Origin: Parasitella parasitica NRRL 2501
Lineage: Eukaryota; Fungi; Mucoromycota
NCBI GenBank assembly: GCA_025201805.1
Contig: MU619359.1
Location: 32,397-96,396 of the forward strand
Reading direction: 5' to 3'
DNA length: 64,000 nt
Shown: piece after piece, positions 26,360 through 37,255 of the stretch
Layout: the number at the start of each line of letters is the position of its first letter
Numbering within the stretch: position 1 is the first letter of the stretch
Position numbers and translations under genes: made by a program
Notes under the pieces: model-generated
Told to the model about the DNA's origin: nothing
The model's database searches: none
What the model saw: the letters and a program-made list of their open reading frames with translations, nothing else

Positions 26360-26961
26360 TTATTGCATTTCTACTGACTTTTTCAAGGTTAAAAAGTGAA
26401 GATCTTTATCAACCTTCAACATTTCAGGCCAAACAAAGGGGATGCGTTCACCTGTTTCTAAGAAACCAAGTTTCTTATACCAAGTCAATATTTCAGGTCT
26501 ATTTTCTAATACATGCATCATGGCAGTGTGATATCCAAGTCGAGGCATTTCTTGCATAGCTTGACGTACAAGCTTACCACCGATACCTCGAGATTGATGT
26601 GCAGGGCTGACAGAGAATAATCCAATTTCTGCTTCCCCAGGATGTTCAGGGGAATGTTGTATTTGAACCGTCCCAATAACTTGATCTTGGTCAAATGCAA
26701 ACAAAAGTGTGTGAGGTTTACCGCTTTGAAGAATAAAATCTTGCATCATTTCAGCTGTACAACGTTCACCGCTGACAATATCTTTTTCCGTGGTCCAGCC
26801 CCCTATTTTTTCTGTGATTCAGTTGTCATGACAGTGAGATATGTCAATTTTCAGTACAAACCCTCTGAGCGGTAGGCAGCATTGACAACCTTGGCGGCTT
26901 CATTTTTGTATTTAACATCAGTAGTAACAACTGTACGAATATTAATGGTAGGTTGAACCAT
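26360..26961 (-). CDS. GNAT-family N-acetyltransferase (one intron)
   Basis: VVNAAYRSEG|GWTTE, AEIGLFSVSPAHQSRGIGGKL (motif A), WYKKLGF. Confidence 0.9.
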
Positions 26962-27086
26962 ACTGATGATAAATCGACGACACAAAACAGCAGAAATAGA
27001 AAATAGAACAACGAAGAGGAAAAGATGAGATGAGTCTTGTAATTGGGTTTATTTTATTTTTTTCGCTAACATATAAATATAACCAA

Positions 27087-27632
27087 TTAGAGAATTGGAT
27101 ATCTCAAAACTGCCAATGGTGCTTCATCCACTATCAAAATATCACCATGGGGAAATGGGATCACTTCACCCTTATCCTGGAATCCCATACGAATGTACCA
27201 AGTGGTCAATTCATGTCTAGATACAAACACATGCACTACAGCTTCCTTGATGGTAGGCATGTTTCCTTGAATATACTTCACCGACTCTCGGATAAGAAGA
27301 CTCCCAACGCCGCGCGATTGATGAGTGGGACTGACCCCCAAACAATTTAAAATGGCCTCATTGCCTTGTATTAGAATATGAACGACACCTACTATTTGGT
27401 TCCCATCAAATGCGCATAAAAGTACATTGGGCTCATTGCATTTGAAATCAAATTCTGTTTCACCGCCTACAGGAATACGGTCAACATTTACAAATGCTCG
27501 ATCATTTGTCCAACTGGCATCAGATCGGAACGATACATTGATGATTTCATAAATTGTGTGTTTAAGTTCTTGATATTGTGATGGTTGAACAGCTTCGACT
27601 GTAATTTTTAAAGCATTATTAGCATTGTCCAT
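27087..27632 (-). CDS. GNAT-family N-acetyltransferase, intronless tandem paralogue
   Basis: IINVSFRSDASWTND, LGVSPTHQSRGVGSLL, WYIRMGF. Confidence 0.9.
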   Translation of the reverse strand: MDNANNALKITVEAVQPSQYQELKHTIYEIINVSFRSDASWTNDRAFVNVDRIPVGGETEFDFKCNEPNVLLCAFDGNQIVGVVHILIQGNEAILNCLGVSPTHQSRGVGSLLIRESVKYIQGNMPTIKEAVVHVFVSRHELTTWYIRMGFQDKGEVIPFPHGDILIVDEAPLAVLRYPIL

Positions 27633-27898
27633 TTCATTTGTTTCCAGTTGTAAAAAGAAAAAAAGAAAGGAAGGTTTTTTTCCTTGTATAATTTACACTT
27701 CATTTATAATAAGCGCTATCTGTACAATTCGTCATACGGAATCAAGTTCAGTCAATTACAAATGAATCACAGTACATTATATTTTCAATTTCGGGCAAGA
27801 AGTATGTTTGGGTACTATTTTGCCTCTTTTTGCATTGCCTTGATTGAAGAGAGAGAGAAAGAGAGAAAGATAGGCAATAGGTATTTATTTATATTTTA

Positions 27899-29095
27899 CT
27901 AATTATTATAAGGTGAATCTGGACAAAGAGGTGAACTACAAACATATATATCATCTGCTTCGGAAACACGAGAAGACAACTTTACCTTGACATTGTCTGC
28001 CAACAAACGAACTAATCTTCTAACTTTTTCATAGCCATTAAGGCCTTCCTCCATAAGCCGTTTGTTTTTTTCATGGGATTTCTTGATCTTCTGCAATAAT
28101 TCATGGGAATAGTCAATGCAAGTCTATTTTTATTTTAATTTTGATGTGAAATTAGTAAATAAATCTTGATAACTATAAGAATACGCTATTTTGTGTAACA
28201 TCGCCAATAATCCATATGCTGCTTTGACGTAGTCAGTTGTCTCACGTGTGATATCTTTTAAGCTAAATGGCCCTGTTGTCTCCAAGAGTGCAAGCTCCAT
28301 ATCAAAGCTCTTGTCAAGAATAATACCGTCTGCATTGCAATAATTCGAAGATAAAAGGCCACGACGCACCAATTCAAATTTATTACTTGAAGGCGAGTTT
28401 CACCTGGAATAAACTTGCAATATAGTGTAAACATTTTGACAGTATCCATAAATCTCCAAATTACTTTATGATTGTAGATTGACTCTTGTTCCGCTATTTC
28501 AGGCGATGTGTAAACTTGTGTGACACTTGGTGAAAAGAATAAGATTAATACATGTACCTAAAAGTTAAAAGAACCACAACTTACAATATCATAAAAAATT
28601 CGTAACGAAATGTAAGAGTAGGATCTTTTGTAGTTTTAACACATAAAGCATTTCTCAACAGCAAAGTGTGACATTTATCAATATCATTATTCTATCTCAA
28701 AAATGTTAATCGTTGGTAGAAGCACAGTTTTTTTTTACCAGCTTACCAAAGAGTCAATCCATTCCTTATAGTTACTGTTAAATTTTGAAAAAACGTCTGG
28801 CTTGCTTCCTTTCAATAGCTTATTAGTAGCTTGTGCTAATTCTTTTGGGTAAGTTGCTCGACTTTGGGTACTGCCTATATCTTCGCCAACTTGAACGATA
28901 CCCAAATACTCTAAGCTAAAAAACAATTAGCATAATTTATTATCATGATGACTTTTAACTCACCTATAATGGTTGATGTCTAAACCATCAACCTCCCCTT
29001 GAAAAAACATGCCAAGAAAGTCAGTCCAGATTGACCAGATATTTCTTATTGTAGTCGATGATGCTTCAGAATCAGGTAAGCGAGTGGGTGATTTT
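27899..29095 (-). pseudogene. Degenerate multi-exon gene with PD-(D/E)xK/REase-like motif (repetitive Mucorales-type family)
   Basis: FIPGETRL, NADGIILDKSFDMELALLETTGPF..DYVKAAYGLLAMLHKIA split over different frames; remnant GT-AG introns; no intact 5' end. Confidence 0.6.
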
Positions 29096-29149
29096 TTTCA
29101 TTTTATTGGCCTTAAAAATTCAGATAGATTACTTGATACGGTAGAAATA

Positions 29150-29489
29150 AACTATTGACGATAAATTTTACTTACGTCTCCCGCCAAAACTTTTGGTCTG
29201 GCGCGAGATGTTCCACACCTACATCAGCCCTTCCTTACTATCGGATGAGGATCTTATTCATTCATTACACCAGCTCTTACACTGATCCCCTATTCCTCAG
29301 GCTATAGAAGGTTCCTCCCTTCTTCCAGACCTTTCCTTACATCAACTTTTTGCGCGCACCTTGGTCACTATTTGGCAGGCTCACTGGCGCTGGATTTGCG
29401 GCCAAACACCGTTCCTCTCGACTTCATTAACACATTGCCTTACTCGTACTTTGAATCGCCTGGATGCTGAACTAAAACTAAATTTGTAA
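29150..29489 (+). mobile_element. 3' remnant of a non-LTR (L1/Tx1-like) retrotransposon ORF2
   Basis: Degenerate ..SPAK/LVWREMF.. followed by LFARTLVTIWQAHWRWICGQTPF..LNL*, resembling the IWxxHW region after the zf-RVT knuckle; internal stop and frameshift. Confidence 0.6.
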
Positions 29490-29500
29490 GTATATCGTTA

Positions 29501-29841
29501 CTAGCCGTTTGATTTCGCTACGCTCGATGACGGCGTCGCCCTGCGGGAAGATATAATTTACACTATAATAAAAATTTAGTTAAATCAAGCAATCAAGCAT
29601 TGATAATGGAGAAGTTTACAGAATAGTCAGGGGGAGGTATCCCCCTTGAACTTCCCACCCCACCCCCCTCTACTGGATATTCGCCTCTAGGGAAAAGCAA
29701 GACGTAATGAAGAGGCATGTGGGCAGCATGCGTTTCATTAATTCTTTTGAAAAGATCTTGAGCACCGGATGAGGAGCTATTTCGATATGCAATCAAAATA
29801 TCTCTGAAACTCCTGTCAGCATATTCGTTGGCAATCTCGTT
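29501..29841 (-). mobile_element. Helitron fragment with intact 3' terminus
   Basis: VNEIA..RDILIAYR..RINETHAAHMPLHYVLLFPRGEY (Helitron Rep/helicase N-terminal motif). The minus strand ends GCCGT..GAGCGTAGCGA..ACGG-CTAG followed by T. Confidence 0.8.
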
Positions 29842-30094
29842 GACAATGTCGAGGTAAAGTTGTCTTCTCGTGTTTCCGAAGCAGATGATATATATGTTTG
29901 TAATTCACCTCTTTGTCCAGATTCACCTTATAATAATTAGTAAAATATAAATAAATACCTATTGCCTATCTTTCTCTCTTTCTCTCTCTCTTCAATCAAG
30001 GCAATGCAAAAAGAGGCAAAATAGTACCCAAACATACTTCTTGCCCGAAATTGAAAATATAATGTACGTATATTGGATATGCTCCAGACGCTAT

Positions 30095-30600
30095 ATGCTT
30101 ACTTAATTAAACTAATGCATTTTGACTTAACGTAGGCTTATTCGACTAATATTTGCTTATCTGACTAAACTTATGGGTAATTAAATTAAACTTACGCTTA
30201 TTTAACTAAATTTATGCTTATTTACCAGACTTACGCTTAATTAACTAAACTTATGTTTATTTGGCAAAACTAATGCCTATTTGACTGACGAATGCTTATT
30301 GAATAAGCTTATGCTTATTTAACTAAACTTATGCTTATTTGACTAGACAAATGCTTATTTATCAGACTTAATCAATTAAACTTATGTTTGTTCGACAAAA
30401 CATATAATTTTTCGACTAAGTTTATGCTTATTTAACTAGACTTACGCTTATTTACCAGACTTATGCTTCTTTGACTAACTTGAGAGTATTTGACAAAACT
30501 TACGCTTGTTCGACTAAACTTATAATTTTTCGACTAAGCGTATGCTTATTTGGCTAAACTTATACTTATTTGACTAAACTTAAGCTTATTAACTACACTC
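30095..30600. repeat. Degenerate 20-bp minisatellite (consensus ~AACTTATGCTTATTTAACTA), ~25 units
   Basis: Repeated ttatgcttattt(a/g)actaaac units visible at ~20-nt spacing. Confidence 0.9.
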
Positions 30601-30974
30601 ATCATACTTGACCAGACCAGTACTAAACCGAAATCAAAAAAATTAACTTTAACTCATGCTTTATTAATGGCTTTGTAGCATCTGTAAAAATATATACTAC
30701 GACGAATATGAGATATATCACTATCTTTTTATTGAAACTTTTATGATGAATTAGCGGATCATCCTCTCCAACTCGTATAATCAATCACTCACGGACTTTT
30801 TATAATGCAATCAATGAGGGATGACGTATAAACAAACCAAATGGGTCAAACTGTAAATTTGTTTCTCCAGTCACCAAATTCACCCCCTGGTGTGTTTTTC
30901 AACAGCATTTTATATATTTCTATTCTTTCCTGTCCTTTTTAGTGCCCCACACTTTCTAAAACCAACTTTTAAAT

Positions 30975-31403
30975 ATGAGTGCCATTTTCCGTCGTGCCTA
31001 CACCACCAAGACTCTTATTCCTCCTAATGTAGCTGCTGCTACTAGACTTTCTGGCTCTGCCAAGGATGGTCAAATATCTCAATTGGTCAGCTTCTACAAG
31101 GTTTGTTGCAAACTCTTCGCTAAAATTTCGAGAAATTTATGAAAAAGAAAACATAGAAATTGCCCAAGGGTACCGCTGAAGCTCCCAAGCCCTCTGGTCC
31201 TTGGGGCCATTATAAGGCTCGCTACATTGATGGTGACAACGCCTCTGTTACTCCCTTGATTCACCTCATCTTTGGTGTCTTTGCTATCGGTTATACTATC
31301 GATTATCACTTCCATTTGAGTAAGTCGTCTTGTCTAATATGAATATACCAAGATACTGATATGATATTTTACAGAGCACCATAAGAACGTGGAACACCAT
31401 TAA
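30975..31403 (+). CDS. ATP17: Mitochondrial ATP synthase subunit f
   Basis: TLIPPNVA..LVSFYK|KLPKG..YKARYIDGDNASVTPLIHLI..GYTIDYHFHL|KHHK; two introns. Confidence 0.93.
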
Positions 31404-31660
31404 AGCGCTTTTTATTTATTCTAGAAAGGAGCTGAACATTTCGAAGCAATAAAAAAACACATGAAATTATGTATTTACCTTGTATGCGATTACACTTATC
31501 AACAGAACTCGAGTTATTCGAAATAAATAAAAAATTGAAAAAAAAAGGATGAGAAACTCTTCTTTTTTTGGTTGCAATGTAGACGTTCATGTATTTTATT
31601 CATTCGAATCAATATTGTAAACGTCGTTAATTTGTATAAAGTCGTATTGTCTTCGTCGAT

Positions 31661-32902
31661 TTAAGCGTCATCAGAAGGGAACATAGCATTACCGTAGGCT
31701 ATACTTTCCTTCATAACACGCTTTGCTTTATCATTTAAATCTGACAGTGGAACAGTTGTTTCAAGATCTTTCTTAATCAGTCGATAACCAACTTCAGGGA
31801 CCATAACTTGCTGTAAAAACTCCAAAGGTAACTGCAGTGAAACCAAATGATCATTTAAGTACCCTGTATCTAAATACGTTCTTGTTAGTGTCTTGAGAAT
31901 AGCTGCAGCACCTTTTGGACCATAGTAACCGGGCAGAGTTGCAGTAAATCGATTCAATAAACTCATAGTGCTTCTTGCTTTTGTTTGGCCTTGCTCTTCG
32001 TATGCTTTTTCTGCTAGCTTGCGATAATCACTATCCACTCCTTTGCAAATGACTTCCTTAAGTTCTTTATCGAATGTTTTCATGGTCGATTCAATCTTTT
32101 CAAAATCGATTTCCCTTGGGTAGCCTTTCTTGATGCCCTGCGGCTTGATAACGAGTTCTAGTCTATGTAATTTGCAAAATTTATCTTTTTCTTCATTGGA
32201 CACAGGTCTCTTGCTCTCAAAACCAACCGGTCTGCTAAACGAAGAAGATCCATTCATGTCGTCAAAATGTTGTTTCTGCTTTGTGGCGTATTCTTTGTCT
32301 TTTCCTTCTAGGGCCTTCAGTGCTTTGCTAATAGGCTTTGTGATTGGGAATAGAGACTCGCTACAGAATGGGCAAATTCTTTGGTCCTCTGTAATTTCAC
32401 ACTCGCCGTCTTCTATGGTCTTATCCCATGATTCTATAAGTATATCTAATTCTTTTGTATTTTCACCTGTCTTGTTCTTTTTGGCAGGGATTCTAAGCCC
32501 AGATGCAGCAAAAGGGTTTATTCTTTTCTTTGTATGAAGCTTCAAACCGTCAGTAGGTAAAGTTGCTGTGAGATTGTCGCTCTTGTTTGTGCTCCTCGTT
32601 GGTATAAGTTTCTTTCCGACAGTAGGTTTAAAGTGTTCTTCTGAATCTGACAATGGAGATAGTGGTGATGACGGAGATAGTGGTGACGATGACGACGATG
32701 GTGCTGGAGATAATGATGTAGAGGAAGAGAGCCTAGATCTACGGTGTGGGTTGGCATTGACACTATACTCGATTTTTCTAGTTGGGGGTAATGTTATATT
32801 GTTGCGGCTACTATCAAGGGCTCGAGCCAATTCCTTGGAGCTCTTTTTACAATTACTGAAGTGCTTCGTAGAAATACGCACCTTGCTAGTGTTTTTTTGC
32901 AT
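31661..32902 (-). CDS. RTC4-like domain protein
   Basis: CPFC..FCKLH, GYPREIDF, LPGYYGPKGA, VMVPEVGYRLIKKDL, ESIAYG. Confidence 0.8.
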   Translation of the reverse strand: MQKNTSKVRISTKHFSNCKKSSKELARALDSSRNNITLPPTRKIEYSVNANPHRRSRLSSSTSLSPAPSSSSSPLSPSSPLSPLSDSEEHFKPTVGKKLIPTRSTNKSDNLTATLPTDGLKLHTKKRINPFAASGLRIPAKKNKTGENTKELDILIESWDKTIEDGECEITEDQRICPFCSESLFPITKPISKALKALEGKDKEYATKQKQHFDDMNGSSSFSRPVGFESKRPVSNEEKDKFCKLHRLELVIKPQGIKKGYPREIDFEKIESTMKTFDKELKEVICKGVDSDYRKLAEKAYEEQGQTKARSTMSLLNRFTATLPGYYGPKGAAAILKTLTRTYLDTGYLNDHLVSLQLPLEFLQQVMVPEVGYRLIKKDLETTVPLSDLNDKAKRVMKESIAYGNAMFPSDDA

Positions 32903-33338
32903 TATATATGCTTTAAGAAAATACAGACAATAAAAGCACGTCTGTAGAACGTTTTGTAAATGTAAAATGAAAAAGCCACTAGAAGATTTTGCCTCGACAG
33001 TACGTCATTTATGTAATATTCAAGCCATTTCAGTTAGTTAGCTTTTGAAAGATCGAGGTTACATGTTTTTAAATATATTCCTAGCTCATGTTGATGATAA
33101 AACAGACTTCTATTATGTATAGTTGTTGAAAAGCTGTGTTCAAAGGCAAAACCAAAATTTTACATTTTTTCAAATGGTTTATCAGAATTTCTTCAGGATG
33201 AAAAGTCAAAATATCGCATCCCTCAGTTTCAGCTTTTTTGGCTAACATGCACATCAATGACGTAATCTCACTAGACAGATAAATATTGGTTAAATGTCCA
33301 TCATTTTCATCTCTCTTCTTTATCATCCCTCGAATAAA

Positions 33339-34520
33339 ATGAAACCAGATACCATCGATAATCAGACACAAAAACCAGATACCATAGACTCAGCAATTGT
33401 CTCTTATGACAAGCCAAATACATACGACAATGACGATGAGAAAATACCCCAAAAAAGTACTATTACGCATTTACCCCAGGAAGTCATTGACGATTTAATC
33501 GTAAGGGCGGAATTTGTGGATGGCAAAAGGCCAGCAATCAGAACAGACGATGACGATGAAGACGAAAACGAAGACGCAGACAAGGACGAAAAGCTGCTAA
33601 GTACTCGATTGACCGCCTCTTTGATATCCTATGTACCTTCATCAACAACTGTGCTTAGCACATATTCATCTAGCCCCGTCGTGGCAGTAAGTCCCAGCGC
33701 ATCCAGCGTCAGCAGCAATAGCAGTAATACAAGTAGCGCCACAAGTAGACTTGCTCTACTACAAATCCTAAAACAGAAGCCAATGGAGGAAATGCTGAAT
33801 TATGATCTACGCAAAGTTTCCTTACTAAGACCTCAGGAGCACGATATTTATTTCAAGGGAACGAAAGTCCTTGCTTACAAAAAAGTGCAGCCTCACTCTT
33901 ACTCTTGGGGCTTCCAAAATATATTATACCGCATAGCACTTAATACAAACGAAAGAATCAAGGTTGCAGAGGCGAGAAGAAGAGCATTCAGAAAGGAAAT
34001 CACTATAGAGTGGGGGGATTTCCCTGTAATTTTGAATGAAAAGACATTTGAGCAAGAGCGGGAGGCAGAGGAAGAAGAGAACGATTTTGATGATGAGTCG
34101 ATTGTGACAACTTCAGGGACGGTTGATACAATAACATCCAATCAGCTGCACAATCGTACAAACTCACACTTGTTATTTACATACGATACCGAGTATGAAG
34201 GGTATCGTGTTTGCTGGAAAAGAGCAAGTTTGCTATCACATGATATGGTGTGCCAACTTCGCCCAGATAAATGTTTGGAGGAAGGAGATGCTGCTAGTCA
34301 GAAATGGCGTGTTATAGCAGAATTCGATAGTCACCGTATGGGTTATCTCATTCATTTGGGTGAACTGATTATTGATAAAAATGCCTTGAAATTGGTGAAG
34401 AGGCCGGATCACTTGGAAGCACATATCATTGTTACCTGCTGCACTTTGATTGATTTGATGAGGGAAGTCGTAGAAAAGGCAGTTGGGCTAAACAAAGGTG
34501 GCGTAGTTGGTAGTGATTAA
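33339..34520 (+). CDS. Hypothetical protein (acidic disordered N-terminus, folded C-terminal domain)
   Basis: Single long ORF; start chosen at MKPDTID (upstream in-frame ATG at 33294 possible). Confidence 0.7.
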   Translation: MKPDTIDNQTQKPDTIDSAIVSYDKPNTYDNDDEKIPQKSTITHLPQEVIDDLIVRAEFVDGKRPAIRTDDDDEDENEDADKDEKLLSTRLTASLISYVPSSTTVLSTYSSSPVVAVSPSASSVSSNSSNTSSATSRLALLQILKQKPMEEMLNYDLRKVSLLRPQEHDIYFKGTKVLAYKKVQPHSYSWGFQNILYRIALNTNERIKVAEARRRAFRKEITIEWGDFPVILNEKTFEQEREAEEEENDFDDESIVTTSGTVDTITSNQLHNRTNSHLLFTYDTEYEGYRVCWKRASLLSHDMVCQLRPDKCLEEGDAASQKWRVIAEFDSHRMGYLIHLGELIIDKNALKLVKRPDHLEAHIIVTCCTLIDLMREVVEKAVGLNKGGVVGSD

Positions 34521-34723
34521 ACATCATTTATTCATAGAATACATAATAAAATCATTTTGCCGTGTAATGCATATTAGGTCGTTTTTCATGTATGCATATG
34601 CAAGGCGTCGAATGACTTTTGGGTTGAATCAAGCGAATGTTTATTTATAAACATATGTGCTCATCATTAGTAGTAAAGACACGAATTTTTCTCAAGAAAA
34701 AGAAAACGGGGTTCAATCCTAGA

Positions 34724-34925
34724 TGATGTGTCAATTTCCCAACCGGAAGTCAAACTCAAGTAAACTCAATCCTGAACACAATTCAGGAACATATCCCAAT
34801 GGATCATGTTCCTTATTTATAACTCAACATGACATGTTCATGGACAATAGATACAATTTATCGTTCCATTCTCTTAATCACACTATGTCTTCACACTTGT
34901 ATCTTATCCTCCCATCAGTCCACTT
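34724..34925 (+). repeat. Dispersed repeat, best-preserved copy
   Basis: 34724-34872 is the reverse complement of 63396-63544 (3 mismatches seen); the 3' part matches 7342-7474. Confidence 0.9.
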
Positions 34926-36406
34926 AATAAACACATCATTCATCTTGTTACACTTTATTCACCTTGTTGGCTCTGTTTATTCTTGGTATACTCCTGGCTT
35001 CAACCCCGGGGAAGTAGCACCAAAAAAAGAACAAATAAGATGATTTTTTAAGTCTAGACATAGATCTTTTTATATAATTAATTTTATGCTACAAAATAAC
35101 ATACGTAAAAATGGCTTGAAATATATTTTCATGAAGTATTAGCATTAAGCAATAATAATATAAAATTAAATCGTAAATCTTCAAAAAAAAATTTCAAATT
35201 GAACAAAAAATAACAAAAATTACCTAATTAGTGTGATTGTATTTATCTGCTTCTGGGCGTTTTTATGATGTTACTCTCAAGCAATATCAACAAGTGAAGG
35301 AGAGAAATACGAGAAATTGTACTGAAGGTATTTCACCAAAATTATGAAAAAAGTTACGTATAAATCGAAAATAGTATGACTGTAATCTGGGATATCTGAA
35401 GTATGCTAGTATTTAAATACGTTTGAGTCAAGTAGATCAAAACGAGAAAACGATGGGTTTTCTCATGTTTTATATAAGAAAATGGTCGGGACGACCTGCT
35501 TGTATATTTCAAAAAACGACGTTATTTACCAAAAAAGGTGATTCTTTAAGCTGTAAAAAGCGTTATGTATTACAATTAGTTAAGATATATAGCAATTGAT
35601 ATCGTCCACCATAACAAAAACCAAGTCAAATATTGATCGAAACAAGATGCAATTACATAAATTTATTTGCAACAGATATTTATATATAAGCAACACATGT
35701 TTGCAACAGCAAAAAAAAAACCAAAGACCATCACCATTTTTTGCTTTAAAATATTTTGTAAATTGGGTTCATTCAATAATGTAGATCAAGGTTTATTGTT
35801 GAAATAAAAATAAGAAGCATGTAAATAAACTAGATTAAACAGAATGCGAGGTCATTTGTGTACATATCCATGTACACTTTCGTTAATAGTGTAATTGATC
35901 TCCCTCATAATCGTACACAGTGTACATGCAAAAAAACATGTATTATAGGCTTATGACTGGACTGTTGATTCGCTTTAAACAATGAATATAACAAAGAATA
36001 CAATGAATTCTTCACTGTAAACACGCCTCCTAACGCAGACAGCAAAGCTCCTTCCCTTCCTCCATATATTTTGACCCTCCTTATACTAATACATATATTT
36101 GATCGAATTTAGTTACTTTATGATTAATCAGATCTTAATACATACAAAATTGTGCATTTCATTGTTTTCTGATCAATTCATATCAAGTATAATGAGACTC
36201 TCATTTAAAAAAGAACAGATAACGTTGAAAATCTTTTCCAAGATGGCGTCGTAAAATGTGCGCTTTACATTGCGTTTGATATCAGAAAGCATCCCCTCTC
36301 TCTCCTATATTTTTTTTTTCTTTTCTGAAGCTGCATGATTATATAAAAATCCGAGTGGTGTCATTTTCATTATTGTACTCTTTTTCTTTTCAATCATATA
36401 AAAACA

Positions 36407-37252
36407 ATGTCCAAAGCAGCTACTGTCCTCCTTGAGTAAGAGAAAAGCTTGCAGCTTACAATATTTATTTGATCTTATATATTAATATGCTTGCGTAGAT
36501 ACAAAATTGCCATGGTTGGTGATGGCGGTATATACATATAAATTTGATAGTCGTGTTTCGTTGCTCTAACATTATTCTAGGTGTTGGCAAATCTGCTATG
36601 ACAATCCAGTTTACTCAATCGCAGTTTGTGGATGAGTATGACCCCACAATTGAAGGCATGTTACTTGATTGCTATAATAATGATTCACCAGCTAACGCAA
36701 GTTACAGACTCTTATCGTAAGCAATGCTTGATTGACAACCATAGTGCTATGTTGGATATTCTTGATACAGCAGGACAAGAGGAATACAGGTATATAGTGT
36801 AGTATATTACTCGCTTTGTCCAATGACCGACTCATCAACGGGTAGTGCTATGAGCGAACAATACATGAGAGACAGAAATGGATTCGTGTTAGTTTACTCC
36901 ATCACCTCAATCCAGTCATTCGAGCGAATTAAGAAATTCTACGAAAAAATTGCCCAAGTAAAAGATGGCGAACCATTTACAGTGATTTTAATTGGAAATA
37001 AATGCGATTTAGCGCACCAGCGACAAGTTTTAAAATCTGGTATAGATAGTGTTTTATAAAGTACAACGAACCAAGCTGATTTTTTTCCTAGACGGTGACA
37101 AGTTGGCTAAAGAATATAATTGTCGATTTTTGGAAGCATCGGCCAAACAGAGAATCAAAGTAGATGAGACGTTTTATGAATTGGTTCGCGATATACGAAA
37201 TACAAAAGTGGAAGAGGAAAAGGAGGAATCATTCTGTTGCATTATTATGTAA
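36407..37252 (+). CDS. Ras-family small GTPase (six exons, one GC-AG intron)
   Basis: [43 protein letters not shown] box CCIIM. Confidence 0.95.
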
Positions 37253-37255
37253 ATT

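Larger units (their letters stand above)
27772..30067. mobile_element. 2.3-kb element bounded by ~226-bp inverted repeats (27772-27997 / 29842-30067)
   Basis: The two arms are reverse complements with only 2 mismatches seen; both outer ends are the palindrome GTAC. Confidence 0.75.

Noticed and set aside
30095-30600. Possible CRISPR-like array
   Set aside because: Contiguous degenerate units without unique spacers, eukaryotic context, no cas genes.
32130-32933. Antisense ORFs over RTC4-like (likewise over SDH2, VAM7, SIN1, UTP7)
   Set aside because: Shadow frames of real genes on the opposite strand.
34705-34722. GGTTCAATCC Pol III B-box-like motif beside the dispersed repeat (tRNA/SINE?)
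   Set aside because: No A-box or cloverleaf, and not shared by the 63.5-kb copy.
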